Shown: piece after piece, positions 39,378-53,761 of the stretch
Numbering within the stretch: the stretch's first letter is position 1
Layout: the number at the start of each line of letters is the position of its first letter
Assembly (NCBI GenBank): GCA_049903315.1
Contig: JBNGBT010000003.1
Coordinates: 128,001-192,000 of the forward strand
DNA from: Candidatus Cloacimonadota bacterium
GTDB taxonomy: Bacteria; Cloacimonadota; Cloacimonadia; JGIOTU-2
DNA length: 64,000 nt
Direction: 5' to 3'
Position numbers and translations under genes: made by a program
The notes under the pieces: model-generated
The model's input: the letters and a program-made list of their open reading frames with translations, nothing else
Databases searched by the model: none
Told to the model about the DNA's origin: nothing

Positions 39378-40350
39378 GGGCAACGTCCTTAAAAAAGTCC
39401 TTGTATAAAGGAATTTTCATGATAAGCTTTTGATGGAGTAGTTCTTCTCCGACAGTATAATAGTCGTCTTTTTGCAGAATCCCCCAATTATTTGGATCAT
39501 CACCAACCTTGTAGGTCATTGCAATCTCAATAGCATTGAGCATCCATCTCTGGTGTGAGCGGTTTGTCTGTATGTGATATTCTCTGCAATATTTCATGAC
39601 GATGTCGAGTGTTTCTTCTTTGTGCTGGATTGCATATGCCCAACCCTTTATCGTGGCATCAATAAAATTTTTGCACATTTCCGGATCATTTTGAAGTGTT
39701 TCTTCTCTGCAGTAAATGCCATCTTCCGGGAAGTTGAGGTCATAATCTGTGAAAAAGAAGCTCACAAGCTCATCTTCATCGATGCCCGCTTGAAGTATTT
39801 TATGATACTCATTATAATACATTGCAGAGGTCACATCGATTGCACCGACAAGGAATCCATCAATTCTGAATGACTGGGGGATCACCTCGGGTTGAATATT
39901 TTGTTTTTGAAAAAATGCAATGGGTTGGATCGAGAAATCTCCCCCCCAGTTGCTGACAATTTTATCTTTGAAGTCCTGTGCAGTTTCTATCCCGCTTTCT
40001 TTTTTTGCAACAAGCATCAATGATGATTTTTGGAGAAGCTGGCAAATATTCAGGATTGGTTTATTTTCCGAGCGTATCTTGATCGTTTGAGAAAGCCATC
40101 CGGTACAGAATTCGATTCGTTTGTCCAGCACTTCCTTGAGAGGACTATCTGTTCCATCAGAAAAAAGTATTGTAGCATCGATACCTGCTTCATTATAGAA
40201 ACCCTTTTCATATGCAACGATATAGCCAGCAAATTGGGCTTGAGGAAACCACTGCACCATAAGGGAGATACTCTTCTTGCTCTGGCCCAGCAAAACGTGA
40301 GTACAAAGAAGAATGATACAGAAGAATACTATAGATATTTTTCTTTTCAT
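39367..40350 (-). CDS. NMT1/THI5-like (class II) solute-binding protein
   Basis: QWFPQAQFAGYIVAYEKGFY, AMYYNE, KGWAYA; signal peptide, GGAG RBS. Confidence 0.88.
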   Translation of the reverse strand: MKRKISIVFFCIILLCTHVLLGQSKKSISLMVQWFPQAQFAGYIVAYEKGFYNEAGIDATILFSDGTDSPLKEVLDKRIEFCTGWLSQTIKIRSENKPILNICQLLQKSSLMLVAKKESGIETAQDFKDKIVSNWGGDFSIQPIAFFQKQNIQPEVIPQSFRIDGFLVGAIDVTSAMYYNEYHKILQAGIDEDELVSFFFTDYDLNFPEDGIYCREETLQNDPEMCKNFIDATIKGWAYAIQHKEETLDIVMKYCREYHIQTNRSHQRWMLNAIEIAMTYKVGDDPNNWGILQKDDYYTVGEELLHQKLIMKIPLYKDFFKDVAHEK

Positions 40351-40423
40351 ATACTCCATAACGTGATACATCAGAACCAAACTGGAAATATTAATCAATA
40401 ATTAAGCCATTAATTTCGAAATC

Positions 40424-40623
40424 CAAATTCCTAATGTCAAATAAAATGACAAAACCTCTGTCCCGCTAGATAAGAGCTTATATTATCGAATATGGGCATT
40501 CATATTCCATCTTTAATTTCTAAAAGGGCAAGAATGTCAAACATACTCAAGCAAAATCAACGAAGACTGATCATTTTATTTTGGTATTTGAGATTTTAAA
40601 TTTTATTTGAAATTAGATATTTG
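40424..40623. repeat. Imperfect ~35-bp inverted repeats flanking ~130 bp (MITE-like element)
   Basis: 40424-40458 CAAATTCCTAATGTCAAATAAAATGACAAAACCTC vs reverse complement of 40590-40623 CAAATATCTAATTTCAAATAAAATTTAAAATCTC. Confidence 0.55.
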
Positions 40624-40751
40624 TAGTTAGTCATTAAATCTATTTACAAAATAACTTTCAAGAATGATAATTCCTATTATCCGGATGCCAAAACTTACAG
40701 AAATTTATTGATAAGATTCTAATTTTTCGTTTATTAATTAACAAGTGTTAT

Positions 40752-41837
40752 TTATTTTTTGCCTGAATCGTCAGTAGTCGTATCTTCAGCAACTTCTTCC
40801 AGGCGGGATTTCTGGCGATGGGTATATTGCTTGAGTGCTTTGGAAATATCAAGGACATTGAATATCTCGGTCTGATTTGCAAGTTCCTGAAGCTCCTCTG
40901 AAAGTTTTGCAACTGCTTCGCGCTGGAAGCGAAGGGCTTTTGTGAATTCATCTTTACTTTCTACGCGCTTGTCATCACGGATCCGGAATTTGTGCACTTC
41001 GTCGATCGCTTCACGTTTGATGGTTAAATCGAGGAATTTCTGTGCATTTTCCATAAAAGGATCTATGCGATACATGTAGAACGACACATTCGCCTTCGTA
41101 CGCATCTCGTGAACGAGTTCGGGTCGGGGTCCGATTATCTCGCCTTTGAATTTCAACCACCAGTCATCGGTTTTTTCGTCAGTCAGCAGGATCACGGGTT
41201 TGTAGGTCGATTTAGCATGCTCAATAGTCTGATACCAGATGATAAGATCACGATATTTATTAATATCTCTTTTGTCATCTTTATTATGGAATCCGGGAGG
41301 AATTTCATCTTCGTATCGCTCATTACCCTCTTTATAGATCTCTTCAAGGCGTTCTTTCGAGAAGTCATTGCCGACTTTTCTTTCCAGAAGATTTGAAATC
41401 GCTTCCTGAAGCTTGTCGTTTTCAAAGAGGGAGAGATATTCCTCTTTTCTTTCGTGCAGCTTTAATTCGAGATCTTTAAAAATTTTTACAACTTTGTCTA
41501 TCAGTTGGTCTGCAAGAAAGGAGTGATCATCAGAAAGTAGTCTGTTTTTCAACTCATCCTGGATTTCTTTTAGGAATTTCTGCAGATCAAGATAGGAGTC
41601 TTCCTGGTGCTCGATAACCTGCAGTCGGCGCTGGTGATATTCCAGTGCTGCTTGATAGGGAATCCAGATGCGGTCTCCCATCTGATGGAAAGTGTTGAGA
41701 ATTTCTGTATTTGTTTCTGCTGAATAGCGGTATAAATTTAGCAGCACATTTGCATCGAGAACAAATACACTGTTTTCCCACATCCGTGTGAGTTCGGTTT
41801 CGGTGGGTTTATAATATCCAACAAATGCATTTCTCAT
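40752..41837 (-). CDS. PIN-like domain protein (PIN_8/DUF4935 type)
   Basis: FVLDANVLLNLYRYS, WIPYQAALEY, IPPGF, DLIIW, TDEKTDDWW, GPRPEL. Confidence 0.82.
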   Translation of the reverse strand: MRNAFVGYYKPTETELTRMWENSVFVLDANVLLNLYRYSAETNTEILNTFHQMGDRIWIPYQAALEYHQRRLQVIEHQEDSYLDLQKFLKEIQDELKNRLLSDDHSFLADQLIDKVVKIFKDLELKLHERKEEYLSLFENDKLQEAISNLLERKVGNDFSKERLEEIYKEGNERYEDEIPPGFHNKDDKRDINKYRDLIIWYQTIEHAKSTYKPVILLTDEKTDDWWLKFKGEIIGPRPELVHEMRTKANVSFYMYRIDPFMENAQKFLDLTIKREAIDEVHKFRIRDDKRVESKDEFTKALRFQREAVAKLSEELQELANQTEIFNVLDISKALKQYTHRQKSRLEEVAEDTTTDDSGKK

Positions 41838-41940
41838 GAATATGCTCCGGTATTATTTCGCATGCGTACAAATCTTAAGAAATCATATTTTCTCGTCAAT
41901 GTTATTCGTGCAGCATAAAAAAAGTTAAAAAACTGATACA

Positions 41941-42723
41941 TTATTCATGGTCAGTGCCTTGTATATCAAATCCTCTTTTTCGGAACTGCTCTAATAGCTC
42001 TTCCGGAGAAGGTTGCCATTGCCCTAATTTTCTGCTTATATGCTCGGTCCAGCTATACGTTTCAAAATTAAATGTTTCTTCTCTGTCTTCGGTAAGATCG
42101 ATTTTGGCATTATTCTTTCTGTAGTAGTCCTGAGCCAAGTAGCCATCGTCCATTTTTTTTTTTGCACGTTCAATGTCTTCTTCACTAAGCTCAGGATATT
42201 CGTTCTCGAATAGAGTTAAATCAAGAGGATATCGGGGTCGGGTAGGGGGATCTTCTGCAGGATAACCAACGGTCAAACCTACTAAGGGGAAGACTTTTTG
42301 AGGGAGTTTAAATTGTTCAGCAATTTTTTCTGCATAATAGGGAACAGCGCCTATGTAGCAGGTTCCAAGCCCGAGACTTTCTGCAGCGATGACCATATTT
42401 TGAGCCATATATGTTGCATCCTGCAATCCCCAGATCAGGCAGGAGAGATCATTCATCACGATCTTCCAATTTCTTGTTTCCATTATTTTGCTGATCTTAT
42501 AAACGTCCACACAAATGATAAAATAGAGGGGAGCATGAAAGGGATGTTTCTCTTTTTTTCTTGAGAGAAGCACACTATATGCCTGGTAGGCGAATGCTGC
42601 CTGCTGACCTGCACGTGTGATGATTTCAATAATATCATCAGGCACTTCTTTGTCTTCGTATTTACGGATTGATCTGTGCTGAAGGAGCACATCGATCACT
42701 GTATTATAATTTTTATCCTTCAT
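41941..42723 (-). CDS. Nitroreductase (NfsA-like) flavin reductase
   Basis: HRSIRKY, AQNMVIAAESLGLGTCYIG, GLTVGYP, RPRYP. Confidence 0.88.
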   Translation of the reverse strand: MKDKNYNTVIDVLLQHRSIRKYEDKEVPDDIIEIITRAGQQAAFAYQAYSVLLSRKKEKHPFHAPLYFIICVDVYKISKIMETRNWKIVMNDLSCLIWGLQDATYMAQNMVIAAESLGLGTCYIGAVPYYAEKIAEQFKLPQKVFPLVGLTVGYPAEDPPTRPRYPLDLTLFENEYPELSEEDIERAKKKMDDGYLAQDYYRKNNAKIDLTEDREETFNFETYSWTEHISRKLGQWQPSPEELLEQFRKRGFDIQGTDHE

Positions 42724-42753
42724 ATTTTCTCACATTTTCGATATTTTATCTGC

Positions 42754-43734
42754 TTATTCCTCCCACAACCCGCAGTTCTTGTAATACTGTTCAGCGCCGG
42801 GGTGGAGAGGAAATCCTGTTTCTTCAAACGCATTCTTTGCTTCTATCTGTTCGATTGCTTTTTCGTTGGTTGAAAGAGATTTTGTGTTTGAGAAGAGTGT
42901 TTTTGCAAGTGCAGTCACGACATCAGCAGAAAGGGAGTTGCGCACAAGAAGCACAGTATAATCACCAATTACATGAGTGTCATGGAAAAGGGATTTGTAG
43001 GTGTGTTTTTTCAGTTCATGAGTGGTTGTACCCAATTTGTGACGCATATTTTCACGAAGGTTTTTTGAGCACGGTAGTATGGATATCCGGATTTGATTTT
43101 CAAGATCATTCACAATATCGGCAGGTGATGAACCCATAAATATAAATACGTCAATAGCATTTTCCACAAGATGAATTGCGCCCGTTGTATAGTTGTCAAA
43201 TTCTACTTTACCTCCAAGTGAAGCAATGTCCTCATATGATGTTCCGAGTTGTAAAAGGATATTTTTTGTAATATATTCGCTCACAGTACCCTGCGTCAAT
43301 ACACCCAGTTTAACAGGCAATTTTTTTGTGAAGATATCGTCGAGTGCAAGCAGATCATTATTTTGAGCATACTCGGTGCGGACAATGCAATACAAATACT
43401 GCTTGTATAGATTGCCAATGCATGAGACATTGGTTTGGGCAGTTTCAAAAGGAGAGTATCCCTCAATTGCAGCTTTACCCAGAACCGCTGTGGAAAATCC
43501 AAGATCAATGTCATTATCATTCAGATCAATAACATTCTTCACGCCACCACCGGGGACGGATACTGTTTTTGTAAGTGTGTTTGAATATAATTGTTCGAGC
43601 AGTTTACCGAAGGTGAACCATGTTCCTCCGGAAGGACCAGAGCCAATAACAAGTTCTTCAGGAAATTCAACTTTTGTTTGAGTACAGCTTATTATGAGTG
43701 CAATGCCAACCAGAGTGAGAATAATTTTTTTCAT
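42754..43734 (-). CDS. TAXI-family TRAP solute receptor (lipoprotein)
   Basis: Lipobox-like IISC, IGSGPSGGTWF, GGGVKN, PLHPGAEQYY. Confidence 0.88.
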   Translation of the reverse strand: MKKIILTLVGIALIISCTQTKVEFPEELVIGSGPSGGTWFTFGKLLEQLYSNTLTKTVSVPGGGVKNVIDLNDNDIDLGFSTAVLGKAAIEGYSPFETAQTNVSCIGNLYKQYLYCIVRTEYAQNNDLLALDDIFTKKLPVKLGVLTQGTVSEYITKNILLQLGTSYEDIASLGGKVEFDNYTTGAIHLVENAIDVFIFMGSSPADIVNDLENQIRISILPCSKNLRENMRHKLGTTTHELKKHTYKSLFHDTHVIGDYTVLLVRNSLSADVVTALAKTLFSNTKSLSTNEKAIEQIEAKNAFEETGFPLHPGAEQYYKNCGLWEE

Positions 43735-43842
43735 GCAAAGTTCCTTCATTATTCATTTTTATTTTTTTTCATATTTTGTTAAGTAAAACAAATATTATAA
43801 AATACTGCTATGATCACTAGGAACCCTTGGGGGCATGAAATT

Positions 43843-47953
<4,111 letters not shown>

Positions 47954-47954
<1 letters not shown>

Positions 47955-49246
47955 TATTCACCTCCCTTAGTTCCAAGTGCCATTGAAACGATTTTTGTCA
48001 TATGTGTTTCCGGACCATACACTTCTGTCGGAATACCGATTCTTTTACCCATATCTTTCATGTTTTTAAGACCTTCTTTATAATTTGGTCCACCTCTTCT
48101 CACATAGATTTTTACATTGGTGTCTTTTAGTTTGTCTTTATATTCTTCGATTGCCTGGATAATTCCAGTAAATGTTTTTGCAATATCAGTAAAGTTAGCA
48201 ATGCCACCACCAATGATCAAAAACTTAGGACGTCCCTGAGGATCCTTTTTTCGAGTCATCAGATCAAGAACTGTTTTTGTGTATCCGTAAGTGAGTTCTG
48301 TGGATGGATTTCCACTATATTCTCCATAATTTGCAAGTTCATTTGTAAATCCGAGATCTACTACTGTATCAGCATAAATTACAGATGCTCCACCACCGGC
48401 CACCAGGTTCCAAATTCTTCCTTCAGGATTTAGAACTGTAAGTTTCAGCGATGCGCCTGTTCTTTCATCAAGTTCATCTACTTTCTCTTCTTCAGGAGAT
48501 TTTTCAAGGCCAAATGGGCTTGGGAATTTTAGATCTCCCCACATTTCTGCGCATTGGAATGATGCATAATCATCAATTTTTGCTACAGCATCCAGTGCTA
48601 CAGGTGTTCCGTTCACAAACGTGAAGGGATTCAATTCCAGATAAACAAAATGATACTCAACTACCATTTTATAAAGAGCTTTAATAAACTCAGCAATGAT
48701 ATCGGATTTTTTCCCAAGCTCTTTTGGTAAAAAATCTTTCACGTCAAGCTCATCAATTTCTGCAAATAATGGGACATCCATTGTTACTACAGAATCCCAA
48801 ACCTCTTCTATATTAACACCACCTTTTGTTGAGAAGTGAATTGTGTCACTCTCTCTTTTGGTGGTAATTGCTATGTAATATTCATCATCATGAGGGACGA
48901 ACTTTTCTACGAGAAAGTAATTTAATTCCCCTGTTGTTGTACCTGTTGTTTGAGTTATAGTAACAGTTTTATTCATACGTTCATTTATCCAGTCCTTTAC
49001 GTCAGACCAGGATTTATTCACAAATAAAAGATTGTTCAATCCTCTTTTTCCAAATAGCTGATCCGGCTTTACAACCAGTTTTTCGTCTTTTAGCCAGGAA
49101 TTTTCTTCCTCTAATTTTTTCAGATCAGTATTTGCTCCGATCAAAACCTGTTTCGTATCAAATTTGATCTTTCCATCAGAAAATTTTGGTAACGCCTGAG
49201 ACATCATTCTTTTAGCGTCATATTCTCGAATACCTTTTTGTGCCAT
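47954..49246 (-). CDS. aclB: ATP-citrate lyase, small subunit (ATP-grasp, CCS-beta)
   Basis: IREYDAK, VVKPDQLFGKRG, ELNP, VAGGGASV, ANYGEYSGNP, GGGIANFT, VRRGGPNY. Confidence 0.95.
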
Positions 49247-49273
49247 ATTATATCCTCTCTATAATTGCCTATT

Positions 49274-51235
49274 TTATTCTTTAATGTTAGTCTGCTTTTT
49301 TTTTATTAATGCAAGGGTTCCACCTGCAAGCAGAATTTCTTTTTGTCGATCAGACAGATCATACGTTGTTTCAAACTCTGTTCCTTTTGATACGTTCTTA
49401 ACAATTATGTTCTTACCTTCTCGTAATGTTTCTTTTATATTTGGAATTTCAAGTTCATCCGCTTGTTCTATTTCATTGTAATCATCTTCATTTTTGAAAT
49501 TTAACGGAAGTATGCCAAAATTGATGAGGTTTGCATTGTGAATTCTTTCCATAGACTTTGCAATAACAGCTTTCACTCCCATATACATCGGGCAAAGTGC
49601 GGCATGTTCACGGCTGCTTCCCTGACCATATGAAAGTCCTGCAACAATAATATTATCTTTTCCGTTTTCTTTGATTTCTTGTGCGCGATCATGAAATGTA
49701 GGATCAACTACTTCAAACAAAAATTCAGAATATTTTGGGATGTTTGATCGATACTTCATTTTCGACCCGGCAGGTATTATGTGATCTGTTGTGATCAGGT
49801 CTCCTACTTTCAAAGTTACAACACCGGATATTTTATCTTTAAGTGGTTCTGCTGCTGGAGGATCGCCAATATTTGGGCCACGATAAATCCCCATCTCTCC
49901 CTTAATTGATTCAGGGAAAATGAACATGGAGTCATCAATATAAAATTTGTCCGGCATTTTAATTCTAGGATATTCAATTTCTATTTTCTCAAGATCTCTC
50001 GGGTCTGTAAATTTGCCTGTAATTACAGCGGCTGCTGCAGTTTCAGGACTCACCAGATATACATCTGCAGATTTTGTTCCTGATCTTCCAAAGAAGTTTC
50101 TGTTACTTGTTCTAAGTGATACTGCGCCTGTTTTAGGAGATTGACTGTTACCAATACAGAAACCACACGCAGATTCTGCGATTCTTGCGCCTGCCGAAAC
50201 AATGCTTTCAAAACCACCATCATGTATGATATTTTCAATTACCTGTTTTGAACCGGGTGCTACTACAAAGCTTGTATCTTTACTTAGTTTTTGATCCTTT
50301 AAGATATTTGCTACAGTCATCATATCTTTGTAAGAAGAATTAGTACAACTTCCTATACAGACTTGATCAACATTAATCTCACCGATATCTTTTACAGTGC
50401 TGATATTTCCGGGACTATGTGGAGTTGCTGCCATTGGAACAAGCTCGGAAAGATCTATATCAACAACTTTATCATATTCTGCATCATCATCAGCGACTAG
50501 TTCCAGCCAGTCATCTTCACGGTCTTGGGCTTTTAAGAATTCTTTTGTGACTTCATCACTCGGGAAAATTGATGTTGTTACTCCGCATTCAGCCCCCATG
50601 TTTGTGATCGTCGCTCTTTCGGGAACGGATAGTGTGCTTACTCCAGGTCCACCATATTCAAATATACAACCCACATTTCCTTTAGTTGTAAATATTTCAA
50701 GAACTTTTAGTATTATATCTTTTGCTGCAATCCAAGGATTTAGTTTTCCCATTAAATTTATTTTTATAATCTTTGGATAAGTTATATAGAATGGACCGCC
50801 AGCCATTGCCACTGCCACATCAAGACCTCCGGCACCGATTGCCATCATTCCGATCCCACCTCCGGTCGGAGTATGCGAATCTGAACCAAGAAGAGTTTTG
50901 CCAGGTTTGCCAAATCTTTCAAGCTGAACCTGGTGGCAGATTCCGTTCCCAGCCCTGGAATAAACGATTCCATATTTTGCTGCAACAGATTGAAGGTATT
51001 TATGATCATCTGCATTTTCAAAACCGATTTGAACAGTGTTATGATCAACATAACTTACAGAAAGATCGGTTTTCACTTTTGGAACACCCATCGCTTCAAA
51101 TTGCAAATAAGCCATAGTACCGGTAGCATCTTGTGTAAGTGTTTGATCGATCCTGATACCTATTTCAGTACCTTTTTCTGGCTTTCCTTCGATAATGTGA
51201 TTTGATAAGATTTTTTCTACTATGTTTTTTCCCAT
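49274..51235 (-). CDS. acn: Aconitate hydratase (short ~650 aa type)
   Basis: TQDATG, DHN, GICHQ, GSDSHT, IGSCTN, ACGFCIG, TSNRNF, ITTDHI, YGQGSSREHA. Confidence 0.93.
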   Translation of the reverse strand: MGKNIVEKILSNHIIEGKPEKGTEIGIRIDQTLTQDATGTMAYLQFEAMGVPKVKTDLSVSYVDHNTVQIGFENADDHKYLQSVAAKYGIVYSRAGNGICHQVQLERFGKPGKTLLGSDSHTPTGGGIGMMAIGAGGLDVAVAMAGGPFYITYPKIIKINLMGKLNPWIAAKDIILKVLEIFTTKGNVGCIFEYGGPGVSTLSVPERATITNMGAECGVTTSIFPSDEVTKEFLKAQDREDDWLELVADDDAEYDKVVDIDLSELVPMAATPHSPGNISTVKDIGEINVDQVCIGSCTNSSYKDMMTVANILKDQKLSKDTSFVVAPGSKQVIENIIHDGGFESIVSAGARIAESACGFCIGNSQSPKTGAVSLRTSNRNFFGRSGTKSADVYLVSPETAAAAVITGKFTDPRDLEKIEIEYPRIKMPDKFYIDDSMFIFPESIKGEMGIYRGPNIGDPPAAEPLKDKISGVVTLKVGDLITTDHIIPAGSKMKYRSNIPKYSEFLFEVVDPTFHDRAQEIKENGKDNIIVAGLSYGQGSSREHAALCPMYMGVKAVIAKSMERIHNANLINFGILPLNFKNEDDYNEIEQADELEIPNIKETLREGKNIIVKNVSKGTEFETTYDLSDRQKEILLAGGTLALIKKKQTNIKE

Positions 51236-51275
51236 ACAAAAACCCCTTTGGGGAGTAAATTTTTAATTAGTTATT

Positions 51276-51431
51276 TTATAATTTCACTTTAATGTAATAG
51301 TTTGATTGAATGTAGTTTCGTTTAGCATCTATTATATTGCAGACCATAAAAAGTCTATGTGTATTATTTTCCATAGTTTTTCGGGCTGATGTTGAATCAA
51401 CCACTACAGTTAATAATTCTGTTTCTATCAT
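51276..51431 (-). CDS. Unannotated 51-aa ORF in the acn leader
   Basis: Hand translation MIETELLTVVVDSTSARKTMENNTHRLFMVCNIIDAKRNYIQSNYYIKVKL*; GCGGAG RBS; TTGACA at 51481-51486. Confidence 0.4.
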   Translation of the reverse strand: MIETELLTVVVDSTSARKTMENNTHRLFMVCNIIDAKRNYIQSNYYIKVKL

Positions 51432-51510
51432 TTATATCTCCGCAATAATAATAGCGCTAAAACTTGGTCACAAAATTTAGTGTCAATAATTTTATGTGTA
51501 CTTATCTAAT

Positions 51511-52182
51511 TTATTGTTTTTTATTAATTTTTACAACATTTCGTAAAATATACACAAATATAAAAATTCCGATTGCATTCCCGAGCACCATCGGCAGTAT
51601 GATCTCTTTCACAAGCGCAATAGAATTTGCATAAGGTTTTGAGAGGAGCAGTATGAGGATCATATGGAAAAGCTCAAGGCATACAACAACTGTTATTGCC
51701 ATCCAGTAGGACAGGGATTTTTTAAAGGATTTAGAAACAAACCCCGCGATAACTCCTGCGAGAAGAGTTGCAAGAGAGCAGGGAAGTTGAGTAAAACCCC
51801 CTAAAAGAAAACGGTGCAATCCAGCCAGGAATCCTGTGATAATGCCAATGATAGGTCCACCGATAAAGCCCGCAATAAAGGGAGCTGTATCGCGGATATT
51901 CGATATTGCTCCAACAACCGGAATCCCTAGAGTCGTGCCATAGATGCCAATAATTACAAAGAGGATTATTGTTCTTGCCGAATCCCAGGCAGTTGCTTTT
52001 TCTAAAAATACATTTTTAAAGGTTTCACTTTTACTGAAGAGGAAGAATATAAACATTACAAGCAGACTTTCCTGTAGTAGACTATACACAGATTTCAGGA
52101 TCGCTACGCTTTTTACTGGCGCAGCATTGAGCGTCGTCGCGCACATAATGAGCAAGAATAAAACAAAGATTAGTTTTCTCAT
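51511..52182 (-). CDS. Stand-alone 5TM-5TMR_LYT membrane sensor domain
   Basis: GIYGT, SNIRD, AGFIGGP, AGLHRF, ELFHM, PMVLGN parallel the N-terminus of 34978-36324; no output domain. Confidence 0.85.
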   Translation of the reverse strand: MRKLIFVLFLLIMCATTLNAAPVKSVAILKSVYSLLQESLLVMFIFFLFSKSETFKNVFLEKATAWDSARTIILFVIIGIYGTTLGIPVVGAISNIRDTAPFIAGFIGGPIIGIITGFLAGLHRFLLGGFTQLPCSLATLLAGVIAGFVSKSFKKSLSYWMAITVVVCLELFHMILILLLSKPYANSIALVKEIILPMVLGNAIGIFIFVYILRNVVKINKKQ

Positions 52183-52193
52183 TTCGGACCTTT

Positions 52194-53402
52194 CTATTTG
52201 CTGTTTATTGAATGATTTTCTTCATAGAATGTTAGATTTGATGTCCACTCATAAGACCCATCCATTTCTTCTATTTTCCAGAAATCGTAGTTGCCGAATT
52301 TTCTATCTCCGGCTTTGTTCAGCGCAGTCCAGCCGGTGCATCCATAATATGAATTTGCAGTGTGTATAAAGGCATTTGCGAGTTCTTTAGGCTTACCTTC
52401 TTTTGCTACAATATTGGATAATGCAGCCAGCCAGCATGCATCATAAGCTGCTAACACATAGGATGAGGGTGTTTCATTATATTTGTTTGTGATTTGCAGA
52501 TCAATAAAATGCGCTTTCTCAGTCTTATCAGGACTATACATCGGGCAGAGAAAATCTACAGCGATAGTTGCCTGAACTGCGATTGGGTTTTTTACAATCA
52601 AATCGTTTATGGCTGTTCCATCGCTTCCAAACCATCGCACACTCATAAGATTTGGATAATATGAAAGTGCTGTAAAAACAGGAACTGCTTCATCAAAAGC
52701 AAGGAAATATATACATAGTTCATTTGGCGAGTATGTTTTTAATGAATTTTTGACCAGATCGTCCAGCCGGCTTAAGTATTTATCAAAATTTACAGAAAGA
52801 GGATCAAAAGCAATACCTTCCACAAACTGAATCGGAGAAGTGCCGAGATATTCATCCATTGCATTAATGAGTCCCCTACCCCATGCATCATCCCGCCAAA
52901 ATGGGAGCACTGCCTTATACTCCATGTTCTTCATATATGTTGCTATTGCAATTGCCTGGTGATTATCATCAGGAATCAAGCGGAAGATAAAATCATTTTC
53001 AACTGCAAGGTCTGGAGCTGTGCTCTCTGTACTGATGACGATCATATCGTTCTCGTCCACAAAGGGTTTGATGGCGGAGAGTTCCGAACTTGCCTGAACA
53101 CCGATTATTGTTTTTATCCCTTTTGAATGCATCAACTTTGCCTTGCGCAATGCAACTATTGGATCTGTTTGAGTATCTTGAAATTCAATATGAAAGGAAT
53201 AGGATTTTCCTATGCAAGTTAGATAAGAGTTGATGTCCTTTTCGGCAATTTCGCATCCTACCTGTGCCGATTTTCCGAAGGAAGCAAGGTCTCCCGAGAG
53301 TGACAGAAACGCTGCGATAGTAATATCTTTTTCAGTAGAACATCCTGCAATAATAAGCAGGACTAAAATAAAGCTTAACGCAAAAAAAGTAATTTTTTTC
53401 AT
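52194..53402 (-). CDS. Branched-chain amino-acid-type (class I) periplasmic binding lipoprotein
   Basis: Lipobox IAGC, LSLSGDLASFG, STAPDL, FRLIPDD, AYDA. Confidence 0.88.
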   Translation of the reverse strand: MKKITFFALSFILVLLIIAGCSTEKDITIAAFLSLSGDLASFGKSAQVGCEIAEKDINSYLTCIGKSYSFHIEFQDTQTDPIVALRKAKLMHSKGIKTIIGVQASSELSAIKPFVDENDMIVISTESTAPDLAVENDFIFRLIPDDNHQAIAIATYMKNMEYKAVLPFWRDDAWGRGLINAMDEYLGTSPIQFVEGIAFDPLSVNFDKYLSRLDDLVKNSLKTYSPNELCIYFLAFDEAVPVFTALSYYPNLMSVRWFGSDGTAINDLIVKNPIAVQATIAVDFLCPMYSPDKTEKAHFIDLQITNKYNETPSSYVLAAYDACWLAALSNIVAKEGKPKELANAFIHTANSYYGCTGWTALNKAGDRKFGNYDFWKIEEMDGSYEWTSNLTFYEENHSINSK

Positions 53403-53424
53403 ATTAGTCCTTTCAATGATTTGA

Positions 53425-53757
53425 TTATTTTAGTTCCTCAATCGCCTCATCGATTGTATTAAAGATCGGAAAATCAGAATGGAAGTCAACAAGTTCAAGT
53501 ATATGAAGAATATCATCATTCACTCTGCAGAGCGCGATTACACCATTGCTGTTCAGTTCGCGAAGAGCATAGTAAAAGGCACGGATACCCGAACTGCTTA
53601 TATACTCAAGTTTTGAGCAATCAACAAGGATAGTATACTCTCCGTTAAGTATGTGTTTTATCAGAGTGTCTTGAAAATCCTTTGATGTGAATGAATCGAT
53701 TTTTCCGTCAACACTGATGATGCGTATATTCTTTTCCTTATTTGTCGTGATATGCAT
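53425..53757 (-). CDS. STAS anti-sigma-factor antagonist
   Basis: GKIDS, VDCSKLEYISSSGIR; start MHITT with GAGGAG RBS. Confidence 0.9.
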   Translation of the reverse strand: MHITTNKEKNIRIISVDGKIDSFTSKDFQDTLIKHILNGEYTILVDCSKLEYISSSGIRAFYYALRELNSNGVIALCRVNDDILHILELVDFHSDFPIFNTIDEAIEELK

Positions 53758-53761
53758 AAAA

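Noticed and set aside
42153..42163. A11 tract (coding strand) in the nitroreductase as a phase-variation site
   Set aside because: In frame (AKKKM); A/T runs are frequent in this genome and there is no evidence of variation
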